A program made the translations under genes and the position numbers. Positions 1 through 11,627 of a stretch of DNA of 64,000 nt are shown piece after piece. Each line of letters begins with the position of its first letter. The stretch's first letter is position 1. Origin of the DNA: Setoptus koraiensis. Taxonomy: Eukaryota > Animalia > Arthropoda. The stretch is taken from contig CM106585.1 in NCBI GenBank assembly GCA_048013815.1, positions 12,152,001-12,216,000 of the forward strand, given 5' to 3'. The notes beneath the pieces are model-generated. The model made no database searches and was not told the origin of the DNA. It saw only the letters and a list, made by a program, of their open reading frames with translations.

Positions 1-1076
1 AAGGAATTGGAAGAATCTACTGCTACCCTTACTCGACCGAACAAATTTAATGTTGGACGCAAATCCGGACCCTCAGTCTGATCTTGGTGTCTACTTAGAC
101 CATTGATGCCCTCTTGGGCTTGCTTCTCCTCATCCAGAACTCGCTTAGATTCGGAATCAGTGCGCGAATCTTGAAACTGTTTACTTGACTTTGAAATTAT
201 CTTGCAAATAATATTCTTTAGAGATAGATTCTCTGTCGTGGATATGACTGGTTTCCTACAGGTTGGACAAGCCGAATTTCTATGAAGCCATTGATAGATG
301 CAATATTTGCAGAAAGTATGGGAGCAATTGACGATGATTGGATTTATATAAACATCACGACATATAAGACAAGTGAGATCCGTTTCAAATAGATGCTCGA
401 TATTGCTATGATATATGTCAAGAGCCCGAGCTTCAGCTCTCTCATTTTGTAACTTTTCTTCCTTATCTCTCATCTCTTGTTCGAGTTTGATTTGACTCTT
501 GGAGGGTTTAATTTTCAATGCATGTGTAGTGGCGATCCTATTTATTATGGATCGATTTTTTTGGCGTGAAGTTTTACGTATTTGTGTATTGTCCGAGGTT
601 TTCGCAGGTATCGATCTGAGAGGGCTTGCTTTTCCTTTTTTCTTCCTTTTTGTTGAGCCTGAATTGGTAGCTCGGGTATGATTGTGCTTGTGGTTCGTGT
701 ATGTTGTCGTGGTGTGGCCAGTGTTTGGTAGATTAGGTTGATTGTTGGCATCTTTTTGGCCGCTTGTAAGTTGAATATAACCATTCTTTGGTTGGCCGGT
801 CTGTTTGACAGAATGATTTCCATTAATTACTCTTTTTGAGTTTCTCCTGTTTATCTGACGATTTTGAGGTTGGTTTTGAGCAGCGTTGCGTGAATTGGTC
901 GTTGAATGTATGAAATCTCTAGAATCGATGGCATTATCCCTGGACTTGTAACGCCTAGAACGGGTATTATTGGTCAAGACGGACGTATCCAAAATATCCA
1001 TGGACGTGACAGGCACTGCCACGGCGGTTGCCGTCCTTAGACGTTTTCGATCACGGCTAGCGTTACGAGAGCTCAT
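1..1076 (-). CDS. RING-finger (C3HC4) E3 ubiquitin ligase, RNF8-like; 3'-partial, runs off the window start
   Basis: Hand translation from the ATG at 1076 stays open to base 1; the ORF track misses it because there is no stop in the window. A coiled coil (LEQEMRDKEEKLQNE) precedes the RING at 371-258: CLICRDVYINPIIVNCSHTFCKYCIYQWLHRNSACPTC, followed by STTENLSLKNIICKII. This resembles the RNF8 C-terminus. No FHA domain seen. Confidence 0.8.
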   Translation of the reverse strand, partial: MSSRNASRDRKRLRTATAVAVPVTSMDILDTSVLTNNTRSRRYKSRDNAIDSRDFIHSTTNSRNAAQNQPQNRQINRRNSKRVINGNHSVKQTGQPKNGYIQLTSGQKDANNQPNLPNTGHTTTTYTNHKHNHTRATNSGSTKRKKKGKASPLRSIPAKTSDNTQIRKTSRQKNRSIINRIATTHALKIKPSKSQIKLEQEMRDKEEKLQNERAEARALDIYHSNIEHLFETDLTCLICRDVYINPIIVNCSHTFCKYCIYQWLHRNSACPTCRKPVISTTENLSLKNIICKIISKSSKQFQDSRTDSESKRVLDEEKQAQEGINGLSRHQDQTEGPDLRPTLNLFGRVRVAVDSSNS

Positions 1077-2290
1077 CTCTGGGATGCAAGAGAGATTATT
1101 TTGAATAATATCAGTAGTTGATGTCCGATATGAGATAATTGCACTAAGATTGAGGTTTTGGTGATCTTGATAACTTGATACTTGTATGTGTGTGCTTGAC
1201 ACAGTCAATTGATTGGTTGGGGTTTATCTGGGTTTATATGCACAGTGTTGGTCTCCCTTCGAGGACAATAATACTCTCCTGATAATTGATTATATATGGT
1301 ACATTGTCGGCCAGCCTAGTGCCGAAGGAGCCGAATTGAGTTGCGCTGAAGAGATAGCTTGAATTGATTTTATATTTGATCGATATTTGGTACGCTATTG
1401 AATGCAACAAGCACTGTAAAATTGATGGTAGGTGAATAAATGATAATAATTGTTTGGTCTCAATACACAGTCTTGGTGCGGTGTGGTCATTCAGCGAGAC
1501 TAGAGCAAATCTTGTTTTCTCAAAATTACAAAATCACTGGTGATAATGATTGTTCTAGTTTCAAGATGGGTATTTTCAGTTATAGAGAATTTTATGCGCC
1601 CGATGGGCATGCGCAATGGACACGTGGATTGTGTGCCTAGAGCAAGCAAACAAAACGAGAGAAAGGGGGCAACCATTTACACTTTACACTGCACTTTACA
1701 TTATCCCTCACGAGTTTACAGCTGACAAGTGAGCAAGCATCACCATTCAGCTGTGCACGGGGAAAAGCACACAAGAAATATTCAACCTCTCTGCTTGATC
1801 ATAATCTCTCTGGTTCACGATATACCCTGAACTCGGACAAATCCCGTTGACACATCCACTCATTTGAGACGAGCGACTCAAATCCGAGAGCTCAGGTTCT
1901 GGAGGTTTGAGCGTAAATTAAAACAAAAAACGAATCGTCATCGTCTTGGCAAATTAGGCTTGATAAGGCCGGACAGGTCAGGGTGGCTACTTGGGATGTG
2001 TGTCATCTAGGTCAAACTTTCACTCTGGTCGGACTGATTCGATCAGATGCCTACATGGCTCGGCGGTCAATCAGGGGCGCAATATGAGCAATCACTCGAT
2101 GCGAATAGCAACACCAAATGAATTGCGTGTTACGCACGCAATAAAGAAATAAGCCAACAAGACCACTTCGGCTCAGAAGTGAAATCGAGGCAATAATCGG
2201 CGGCCGGCCGGCCAGACTGCACAACGTAAGATCAGATGATATCAGATAAAAAATAAATACACGCACTTTATTAATATCATTATTGACAAC

Positions 2291-3862
2291 CTACTTCTTT
2301 ACACTGCTCGCTGACTTGACCGGTTTCGGCTTGGAACCAGATATTTTTGTTCCAATGGAAAAGTTCAATCTTGAATATACAATAATCGTCAGGCACAGCA
2401 AGAATATAGCCGTCATAAGCAGAATAGGCTCTTGTATAAGATAGAACTTGCTATAATTGTAATAGATGTTGAACGATTTTCCAACAATATGCTGATCCAC
2501 TAGGTTGGTCTTACGCAAAACTATAACCGGCCTACCAACAGTGTCAAGATAGGAATACTTGACCTCATCCGGCTTCCTCTCATACTCAAAAGGCAGGTCC
2601 AATTTTATGTTCGAGGCACCTTCGGGAAAGACAATTTTGACTACACTCTCATCGATGACCATGTTCTCAAATAATAGATCAGCAAAGGCCACCGTTAGCT
2701 TGTGTCGCACGTTTGAACTTATCGATGTAGATAGATATTTGTCGGCTTGAATAGTGTAACCAAGTTTATAATTTGTTACCCAGCCACCAAACAACGGAAA
2801 TCTAGGCCGTACGTTGACAAGTGTGTTTGCGCCAGTCTTACGAACGTCCGACGTTGAAATGTTACCGATGGCGTCACGGTAATAGATGTCACGAGCATCA
2901 GAGGGTAGTCTAGTTAGGAATGCTCTGACGGAATTAAGGCCACTAGAGTGGTCTCGTTGATAGTCATATCGTGAGAACGAACCCTTCAATTTGGCTCCAA
3001 CGTGCTCGAGATCGATTTCGTTTTCAATACTGATGACGTTACCCCAATGAGAAACTTCAACTGATCTTTGCAATCTCCTGACCGCAACGAATGGATTGTT
3101 ATTTTCAAAATGACATTCAAGTGGATCCATCACTTGGTTATCACCACCAAACAGTGCTGAGGGAACATCTCTAAATGGACCGTATGTCAATCTACCAGAG
3201 CCTGTTGTTTGTTTGGTCGCCTTAGAAAATGATTCCAATCTTGAACCCTCGGGTAATTTAACCTTAGTAGTCTGAGTTTTGGTCACATAAGGAGAAACGA
3301 CATGCTGATAGCCGTGATATTTTACGAATTGCCTCTCGTTTTGTGCTATTTCTCTGGGATAATTCTGCAGTAGATGTGTAAATATCATGGTTACCACAAG
3401 AGGTTGTTTGAGTGTCTCTCCAACAGGTAACTGTTTTGAACCTAGATCGACTTTAAAGATAGTTGCTATAAATCCATTGGCAGCGATAGTAGCTCCTGCC
3501 TTTTGCACCTTGAGAGGTAAACTCGATAATGTGACATCTATGTAGGCTAGGTGCTCGGAGTGTTTCTGATCTAGAGCTATCAAGTAGCTTTTAAGTGGCG
3601 AAGTTGATCCTTTTGGATTTTCTACTAATATCTTTTCTGTGACTTTGACAAGTTGCGAGGAAAGATCAATCGTTCTCTCAATCTTTGTGTTAATTGTGCT
3701 CGTAGCCGAATTCAAATCCAAGTCTTTAGTCAAGTCATCCAAAGGCAAAAGGACCTCACCTTGTCCTGATCCAAATCCCGAATCAACAAGACAAATAAGT
3801 AGACATATTGATTTTAAGATAAATGTTAGCGAAATTGTTTGGCTGGCCATCATTCCAAGCAT
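2291..3862 (-). CDS. RPN1: Ribophorin I (oligosaccharyltransferase subunit 1), intronless, 523 aa
   Basis: Signal peptide; motifs VEVSHWGNV, FSRYDYQR, YYRDAIGNISTS, RPRFPLFGGW, YSYLDTVGRPV; C-terminal TM helix; AATAAA on the minus strand at 2272-2267. Confidence 0.95.
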   Translation of the reverse strand: MLGMMASQTISLTFILKSICLLICLVDSGFGSGQGEVLLPLDDLTKDLDLNSATSTINTKIERTIDLSSQLVKVTEKILVENPKGSTSPLKSYLIALDQKHSEHLAYIDVTLSSLPLKVQKAGATIAANGFIATIFKVDLGSKQLPVGETLKQPLVVTMIFTHLLQNYPREIAQNERQFVKYHGYQHVVSPYVTKTQTTKVKLPEGSRLESFSKATKQTTGSGRLTYGPFRDVPSALFGGDNQVMDPLECHFENNNPFVAVRRLQRSVEVSHWGNVISIENEIDLEHVGAKLKGSFSRYDYQRDHSSGLNSVRAFLTRLPSDARDIYYRDAIGNISTSDVRKTGANTLVNVRPRFPLFGGWVTNYKLGYTIQADKYLSTSISSNVRHKLTVAFADLLFENMVIDESVVKIVFPEGASNIKLDLPFEYERKPDEVKYSYLDTVGRPVIVLRKTNLVDQHIVGKSFNIYYNYSKFYLIQEPILLMTAIFLLCLTIIVYSRLNFSIGTKISGSKPKPVKSASSVKK

Positions 3863-4271
3863 CTATGAATGGTTTGTGGGAATACAGATGGTGTGAGGGT
3901 TATTGTTCCTGATACAGTCACCGATTAATCTCAAATATTGGATATGTTGCTAAGGTAAATCAATGCAAATCGTGTGGACTGGACATAACACATGTTTTAG
4001 GACTTCCAAGACTTGCCATTCGATTATCTTTTTGCGTAGCCTTCAGCTGATTCGTGTGCGGTGTCATGCGATAGAGTCCGGTTCATATTCTAAGTTCAAC
4101 CGCGAAATTCAATTGACTTCAATGAAAAAATATATTGCTCACATGTTCATAAATTATCAAAGACAAAAACAGATTACGGATCAAGATCGATAGACTTTTA
4201 TTATTTTCTTACTTATAAATATAATCCAATGAAAAAATCAGCTCCAGTCATTGGAACATGTTCTGGAAACA
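3863..4271. promoter_or_regulatory. Probable bidirectional promoter region between RPN1 and WDR6
   Basis: Divergent start codons about 410 bp apart; inferred from geometry only. Confidence 0.5.
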
Positions 4272-7200
4272 ATGACAAACAAAACTGTGATCAAGAGTGT
4301 CTGTAATTTTTCTCAAGTAAGGAGCTTGCAAAACGTGGAAGATAGATATTTATTGGTTGCAAACGGTAATAGTATCCTTACCTATTCAATCCAGGGAAGT
4401 TCGATTTCCGAGGAACCTATTTCGACAAATCAAATTTTCTCATGCTTCGGCATCACTAAAATACTTGTGGAATCACCCCTCAAGACAAAGCATTTTGTCA
4501 TTTCATTAGGCAATAGATATTTAGCTGTAAACAGATTTTTATTGGCTAATGGCCATTTGTGTCAAGAGGAAAAAACAAAATTTCATATTAATCTCAATGA
4601 ATGGGCGCTAGATGCTTTATTTCAACCCAACTGTGATGACATTATAAATGTTGTATCCGCTTGCAATCGGGTTACATCAGTTAACTGGAGACGGGGAGAA
4701 AAGTTGCACACATTTGAATGTGCAACTAGTTGCATACTTTACTCGGCAAAACTAAGAAATTCTTCTGTGGATGGAGAACTTATTGTCACTGGCGGAACTG
4801 TATTCAAACAAATTCTTATATGGTTCGCTAACACCAAGGATAAGAGAAAATGTCCTGTAGCCCATCATCTACACAATCATGATGGAGTGATTTTCGATAT
4901 CGACTATAGTGCCAAGTATCACAAACTAGCATCCGCCTCCGATGACAGGAGTGTAAGAGTTTGGAATTATCCTGACCCTGATCGCTCACATATCGAATCA
5001 TCCGAGCATATCCTCTATGGTCATCAGTCCAGGGTTTGGTGCGTTAAATTCATTGATTCAGATGACGAATCATATCATTCTCTCTTGATAAGTGGAGGTG
5101 AAGATGGGTCTGCATTTGTGTGGAATCACCAAACAGGATCTAGAATCGCCTCTGTAAATCTCAGTTCATCATCTTTGTGGAGTGTGATACAAAGTAGGAA
5201 TCCCATGAGGCTTTATTACGGATCCAACTATGGTAGGGTTATATCTTGTGATCTCATAAGTCTAATAAAAAACTCTTCAACCATTCCATGTTATGAGTCA
5301 GATTTTAAGACAACCAAAAGAGAGACGGATATTCTTACAAGTCTATGTTGGGTGGGTAAAGGTGCGGTTATATCTATGAATAAGTCCGGTGTAATCAAAC
5401 TAAGCACTACAGATATGTCTACAGGAAATCTCAACACTAAAGTGCTTAATGTTAAAGGTTTGAATACGGAAAGTTGTTTCGAAAGTTACTCTACCATGGC
5501 TGTGTCCGAATCTAATCAGATCGCAATTGGTGATAAAGCTGGCAAAGTCCATCTATTCCATCTCTCGCATGGACCGGAACGCGTTGATGAATCTATTAAT
5601 CTCTCTCAAGAACTCAATGCACACGAAGGTGAAAGTAAAGTTTGTGGTTTGGAATGGTTGGATAATGATACCTTACTGTCTAGTGATGTATTTGGTCGAA
5701 TAAAAGTTTGGAAAGTTGATGACATCGAGAGGCCAAATTGCGTAGGAAATCATAAATTGCCAAAGAGTAGACACTCATGGGTCACCGCAACCTGTTTTAC
5801 TAAATCACTCAATGAAGAATATCAAATCGCGGTAGGTGATAGGTCAGGAGGTGTCTATTTCTACAAAGAAGGCCTGGTCGATCCACAAAATTGTTATCCA
5901 AAGCTCCATGGCGTAGACGGTGTGTCTAGCGTCCAACTAACTAAAAGTCACATGGTTTATTCAACTGGTCGAGATGGAAGAATTATGGAGTTTTCTTTGT
6001 TAAAGGACCAACTGATTTTGATGAGAACATTCTTTAAATCAAAATTCATTGAATGGACTAGTCGGCTGATATTAGATCCCGAAGATGGATTCCCAGTGAA
6101 AGTGCTAGGATTCCATTCTACGAATTTTATTGAATATGATCTCAAAGAGAGTCGCATTTCTTGGTCGGTGTCTTGCGGCGGAGGGCATAGACTGTGGTTG
6201 TATGATACGGACTTTCAAGGAACAAGTAATTTCATCTATAATAAGTATGGAACATTGCATAGAGTATCAAAGAATGCCCCTGAAGGCAACATTGAAAGGA
6301 TGACATATTGTGGCAAATATCCACCACTTTGCTCCAACTATCATAGTTCCCAGATTCGTTGTTGTGCAATCATATCAAGAACTTATCGTAATAATTGCTC
6401 TCTGTTCGCAACGGGTGGTGACGACAATCTCATAGTTATTCACCTATTTGATAGTTCAGCGGGTGCCCGCACACGGGTTTTGCAGACACTGTATGGTCAT
6501 ATATCTAGCGTGAAATCATTAACGTCGACTAAATTCGAGGGTAGTGACGCCGATTATTTGCTTGTATCCGGCGGTGGACGCTGTCAAATGATATTCTGGA
6601 AAATATCACTATCTAGCGATAGCGTTGGCATCACTACAAGGGAAATCAAGAATATATCAGTGGATGATTTTGAGAACCCCAAGACACACAAAGAAATCAA
6701 ACGAAAAGTTTGGAAGGACATGAATCACGACGGCCGTTGCGGTGAGGCAAGAATAATGAGCTTGTCTGTGGTTTGCGAGAAAAATGAATGTGGAGATATT
6801 CGTTTCACAATCGCTTGTGCCGGCTCTGATGCTAAATTCAGATTATTTCATTTGGACTATGACCCTGTCTTAGAAAATTACTCACTAAAGATTGCATACA
6901 GCTCATCTGTAGATGGAAGTTGCTTAAATGTAGCACGCTTACTTTCCAGTACAACGTGTTTAATTGGCTCCAATGAGGGCTCCGTGATAATTTATTCTAA
7001 GAGAGATGGAGACACATGGAAGCAAGCAAATAAATGGCGCCCACATTCGCGAGGAGTAATGGATGTTGCGACAGAAAAGTCAACAGGACATTTGCTAGTT
7101 GCCTCGGTAGGCGACGATAATAAGATTAATGTTAGCAGACTAAAAACAAATAAGGAATGTTGTGATCAAGACTCTATGAACATTGATGAAGATTACAAGT

Positions 7201-7580
7201 TATCAAACAAATACGCTCATGATGCCCAAGCAAGTGGAATAGTTATATTGGACAAAGGGCAACAATTTCTCAGTTGTTCAGTTGATCAGAGATTGACCTT
7301 GTGGAAAGTTTGTAATTCCTCCTCTGTTTCTACTTCCTCTCTATCCACGATGACAACAAGTGCAACAGACAAACACGTAGACAATACAAGTATCTTTTTA
7401 GTACCTGTGGCTTCTACAATATCTAATGTTGCGGATATCACAGGTTGTTATATTTTGAATGAGTCATCCACATCAAGTTCCGTGACGTCGTTATCGGCAT
7501 CATCACTGACATCTACAACAGCTGAGTTATACATAATAATTTACGGATTTGGATTGGAAATTTTAAAGTTGTTGCATTGA
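4272..7580 (+). CDS. WDR6: WD40-repeat protein WDR6/Trm734-like (cofactor of tRNA 2'-O-methylation), intronless, about 1100 aa
   Basis: Single ORF; first ATG at 4272 (the track start at 4251 is TTG). Many WD blades: HDGVIFDI..LASASDDRSVRVW, LYGHQSRVW, SCGGGHRLW, ATGGDDN, GHISSVK, SVDQRLTLW. Confidence 0.85.
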   Translation: MTNKTVIKSVCNFSQVRSLQNVEDRYLLVANGNSILTYSIQGSSISEEPISTNQIFSCFGITKILVESPLKTKHFVISLGNRYLAVNRFLLANGHLCQEEKTKFHINLNEWALDALFQPNCDDIINVVSACNRVTSVNWRRGEKLHTFECATSCILYSAKLRNSSVDGELIVTGGTVFKQILIWFANTKDKRKCPVAHHLHNHDGVIFDIDYSAKYHKLASASDDRSVRVWNYPDPDRSHIESSEHILYGHQSRVWCVKFIDSDDESYHSLLISGGEDGSAFVWNHQTGSRIASVNLSSSSLWSVIQSRNPMRLYYGSNYGRVISCDLISLIKNSSTIPCYESDFKTTKRETDILTSLCWVGKGAVISMNKSGVIKLSTTDMSTGNLNTKVLNVKGLNTESCFESYSTMAVSESNQIAIGDKAGKVHLFHLSHGPERVDESINLSQELNAHEGESKVCGLEWLDNDTLLSSDVFGRIKVWKVDDIERPNCVGNHKLPKSRHSWVTATCFTKSLNEEYQIAVGDRSGGVYFYKEGLVDPQNCYPKLHGVDGVSSVQLTKSHMVYSTGRDGRIMEFSLLKDQLILMRTFFKSKFIEWTSRLILDPEDGFPVKVLGFHSTNFIEYDLKESRISWSVSCGGGHRLWLYDTDFQGTSNFIYNKYGTLHRVSKNAPEGNIERMTYCGKYPPLCSNYHSSQIRCCAIISRTYRNNCSLFATGGDDNLIVIHLFDSSAGARTRVLQTLYGHISSVKSLTSTKFEGSDADYLLVSGGGRCQMIFWKISLSSDSVGITTREIKNISVDDFENPKTHKEIKRKVWKDMNHDGRCGEARIMSLSVVCEKNECGDIRFTIACAGSDAKFRLFHLDYDPVLENYSLKIAYSSSVDGSCLNVARLLSSTTCLIGSNEGSVIIYSKRDGDTWKQANKWRPHSRGVMDVATEKSTGHLLVASVGDDNKINVSRLKTNKECCDQDSMNIDEDYKLSNKYAHDAQASGIVILDKGQQFLSCSVDQRLTLWKVCNSSSVSTSSLSTMTTSATDKHVDNTSIFLVPVASTISNVADITGCYILNESSTSSSVTSLSASSLTSTTAELYIIIYGFGLEILKLLH

Positions 7581-8515
7581 TAGTATTAATTTATAACCTG
7601 CGTGCTTCAACTGTAAGAAGGAACAACAAAAACGACAGCGACAGTAGCAACAGTGGCGATATAAACATTGATTCCTTGAACTTGCGTTTTCTCGTTAACA
7701 AACTTGTCAGCAACGTTGTGCATACTGTATTCTTTTGCCCGATTTATACGACGACAACAACGACAGCGGCAACAACAACAATGACAGCTCACAGTCGATT
7801 TGGCCGAGATCATCTTACTTAATCATCACCGATGCAACTTTCATTTTCGTTTCTTTGTTGTTTCTCTAGTTTGAGAAAAGAAGCAATATTCACCACCACC
7901 ACCACCACCACTTTACAGAATACATAGTGAGTAAAAGAAGGAGTTGTTGTAGAAACAGATGATATTCTGGCGAGAGTGAGTGGTGAGTAGTCATTAGTGA
8001 CTAGTCTGGTGACATGATAGTTATCGTCATAATTTGTTTTCTATAGCACACTATGCGAGCGAGCCAGACAACCATGGCTAGATGATGATACTTTTAATCG
8101 TAACTACACGGCAACAGCAGCGACATCAACAACCGTGCTCTGAATGTCACTACCGCCAGAATAATAATGATAATAATAAAAAGCTGCCTATCTCTTTCGA
8201 TGACTCTTGAAACTTATGGCAAGTAGGCTTTCTCGCAATCAAAATCGCAAGCTAAATAGCTTCTTTTTCTCTTTTTTCTCTCTCTCCCTCTCTCTTCTTT
8301 CATCGTAATGTATGCGCAGCAGCAGGTTGTCAGTGTCTTGCGGCATGACCATGCCTTGAATCGCGTTATCAACAACAATAAATTGCAATGAAACTACCAC
8401 TGCTGTTAGTTACTTGTAGTTAGAAGCAGTATTAGACCTACTTACAACCTAAAACTATCAATTTAGTCGGTTGTTTTGCACAACAATTGAATTGACGGTG
8501 CAACAAGAGAGAAAA

Positions 8516-8547
<32 letters not shown>

Positions 8548-11342
8548 CCGATCTGACTAAGCAAACAAACTCATTCGCTCATTCGTTGGACAGCCGCCTG
8601 GCTGGCTGGCTGGCTTGCCATAATAGTCTAGACTTGAGTTTATTTGAGCGATCGACGTTCGTGTCTGGGATCAACGGAGTAGTAAGGGTCTATTGAGATG
8701 ACAACAATGAAGTCTGTTGTTGTCGCCGTCGCTGTCGAAGAGGAATCGAGAAGGAGGAGAAACAAGTGAAGAAGGAGTAGATTACTAAGACAACTTTTCA
8801 ACAGCAGCAACAACAACGACAGGCTAGTGAATATGGCAGTTGTTACAATTTGCTGGATTGTTGATCGATCAAGTTCATTGGTTTAATGAGACACACACAC
8901 ATATCTGATGGTAAGGCACACGCTTGATTGGAAAAGACATGGTTCATATGAATACACTGTGTCTTGTCGATGGAAGTGGCGTAACAACGACAGCCAGACT
9001 AACTTTTAGCCAAACAGATATCGTTCGAATGAGAGGCACAATTTATTGGATTCAGTTAGTCGACACTAACGGTGACAACGACAACAATATCGCCAGTAGT
9101 AATATTAGCATTAATAGTGACAATATTGTGTCCGCCACCCAAGCATTTATTAAACATGTACTATGATGTGTGTCGCCTAACTAAAACTATTTCTGTCAAC
9201 ATTTTTCCCAATTGTTGTTGTTTCTCAATCTCAAATTATCTCTCATTCACTGTGTGTCAATCTCTATAATTATGTTAATTGTATCAACTAGTAATATTGT
9301 TGCTAAATCCAAGACAGCAACATCGGATACTGTTTGTTTCAACGATCAACGATTGTCGTTCTAACAACTTGTGTGTCGCCAATCTACCTCTACTAACGAA
9401 AATATGTTCGCCTGACTAACTTGTTTACTGGGCAAAATTAAAGAGCTAATTTATTTTTTGTTTACTCTCGAGGCAAGTCACGATGAATGCACAGGTGACT
9501 ACTGTGATAATCAAGCTCAAATGTCGGACCAAGTTTTTAAAAGCAGCAGTCAATCAATGAAGCGCATCAGAGTTACATAACCATCATTATCATAAAAAGT
9601 TCAGCCAAGCAGCTATAAGTCGGCTAAAAGATCGAGTCTCTGTTATAAGAGCAACAACAACGACAAAATATTCATTAAGCTCAATGCATCACTCTTTTCC
9701 TAAAATTAGTATCGCTAATCGTTAGAGGGCCACATAGAAAACGAAAACAAACAAACGAAAAATAATGTCACCACACCCAGTCAAGAGATACGTCGTCATT
9801 GTAAGATCGACTTTGGATGAATATTGCATTTCTATTGACGACAAAACAAAGCAAAACCACACAGTCGATAGAGGATTGAAACTGAAATAATCGAGACAAA
9901 CCATCACCTATTCTATACAACTTTCACACCAAATTTATAACCAAATTTATCTACTTGAACACACACTAGGATACAGCAATCAATTGTCATCTGAATAGAT
10001 CGATTCAACAATGGAAACGGGCCTCTGGTGGTCATTTTGATGAGAGATAAATTATTATTAGAATCAACATCAACTTAGATCGAGCACGAGCCAAAGATCT
10101 CATCGCCATTGAGGTAAGTAATACAACAACCGGATGGAATTGCGTTAACGCAAGAAATGGTTAAATTAAGGACTAATCAACGCAAAGAGTGACAGAAAGA
10201 GAGTGATGGCCAATGTCCTGTCAAGTGTCAATCGGCTTGTGTGATCATTTGTTTGACATGTGAACTTGGCAGTTGTTGATCACGTCACAGTTGTTGTTGT
10301 GCTCAACGACACTGACAATTGTGAATAATAACACTACGGTGTTTACAAACTATCAGCTATAACAACTTTGGCAAGTGATGACAATCAGCAACGCGATGAT
10401 ATAATCGACGACAGATATATGGCCGTCTCTTATGACACTCGATTGTGTCAGAAATTCTGAGAATAGACACTGACAAGATTGTGAGAGATGTGTCAGTAGT
10501 TGCCGTGCGGCCATGTATTCCAATTGAATAGCCCGTCATTGGCGGCACAATGATATAATAAAAAAAGTAGTTTTATAACGAAAGTAGCAGCGATCATTTA
10601 GGTGGGCACAACTCGACAACGATCGTTTAGGTTGGCGATGATGCAAACAAAACCGACATTGTGAGAGTATCTTTGTTGCCAAAAACTCGCTGTTGGTGTG
10701 ATGATGCAGATAATATGCATGAATTGTCACCCAGCCAGCAAGTTGAGTCGTTTAGAAAAGGCCACGAGAGTGTGTATGCAATAACACCCAAAGTAAGTTT
10801 TTGCTGTCGACTCAAACTGAGGCTATCGTGAGATACACACACGGCGAATACAACAACAACAACAACTACAACAAGTGTTTTTCAAAGCCGCCAAATTGAT
10901 TAAATTGCATACGTCGCCGTGATGATCGATGATCATCATCGCACCGTGTCTTGATCAATTACATCTCTCAGGATGCTTGTTAAATACTTGCGAAAAAAAA
11001 AGATACGACTAAAGATCATCGCTACTAATATTAGTCGCGCTGGCAGCTAGATGGGGGGTGGTGCAAAAACAATCAATGTTCGCCATCTTCTCGAATGTCG
11101 ACTCGATAACGTTCCGACAACAGCAACAGCCAGAACAGCAACGGCAAAGCCAACACCAACAACAACTAGCTAACAACAACATAATTTATAATTTGGTTGT
11201 CTCGCGAGCAACATTGTCTAAATGGCGAGATGTGAGTTTGTAGCTTGTTTGCACGACGTGCACACTTAGCTATCAGGTCGCAGAGTCTCGTATCGACATT
11301 GACAGTAAATCAAATTATTAGTGCCATCACTCTGGTGAGACC

Positions 11343-11390
11343 TATGAGTCTCATAGTATGAGTTTCATAGTATGAGTTTCATAGTATGAG
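11343..11390. repeat. 14-bp tandem repeat, about 3.4 copies of an imperfect palindrome
   Basis: TATGAGTCTCATAG TATGAGTTTCATAG TATGAGTTTCATAG TATGAG, read directly from the sequence. Confidence 0.9.
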
Positions 11391-11627
11391 AGACCTGTCT
11401 GTCATTTTATAGTTGCAAGTTCACTTTTTCGCTCATTTCAGTTGTTGATCAAAGAAATTTTTTCATCCGTTCATCGATAATTGTTGCTACCAATTATCAT
11501 TATCAGTCGTGACTATCATTCGTCGACAAATCAACAAAACAGCAACAACAAAACACTGACTGAAAAAACACACAAGAGGACAAAAAACGACTGACACAAG
11601 CAGTCTGAAATAACACACAGCATTTGA

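Noticed and set aside
10062-10112. Possible 51-nt plus-strand exon ending in GAG|GTAAGT
   Set aside because: A single good donor without a supportable partner or homology; it may be a CRAL-TRIO UTR exon but cannot be shown.
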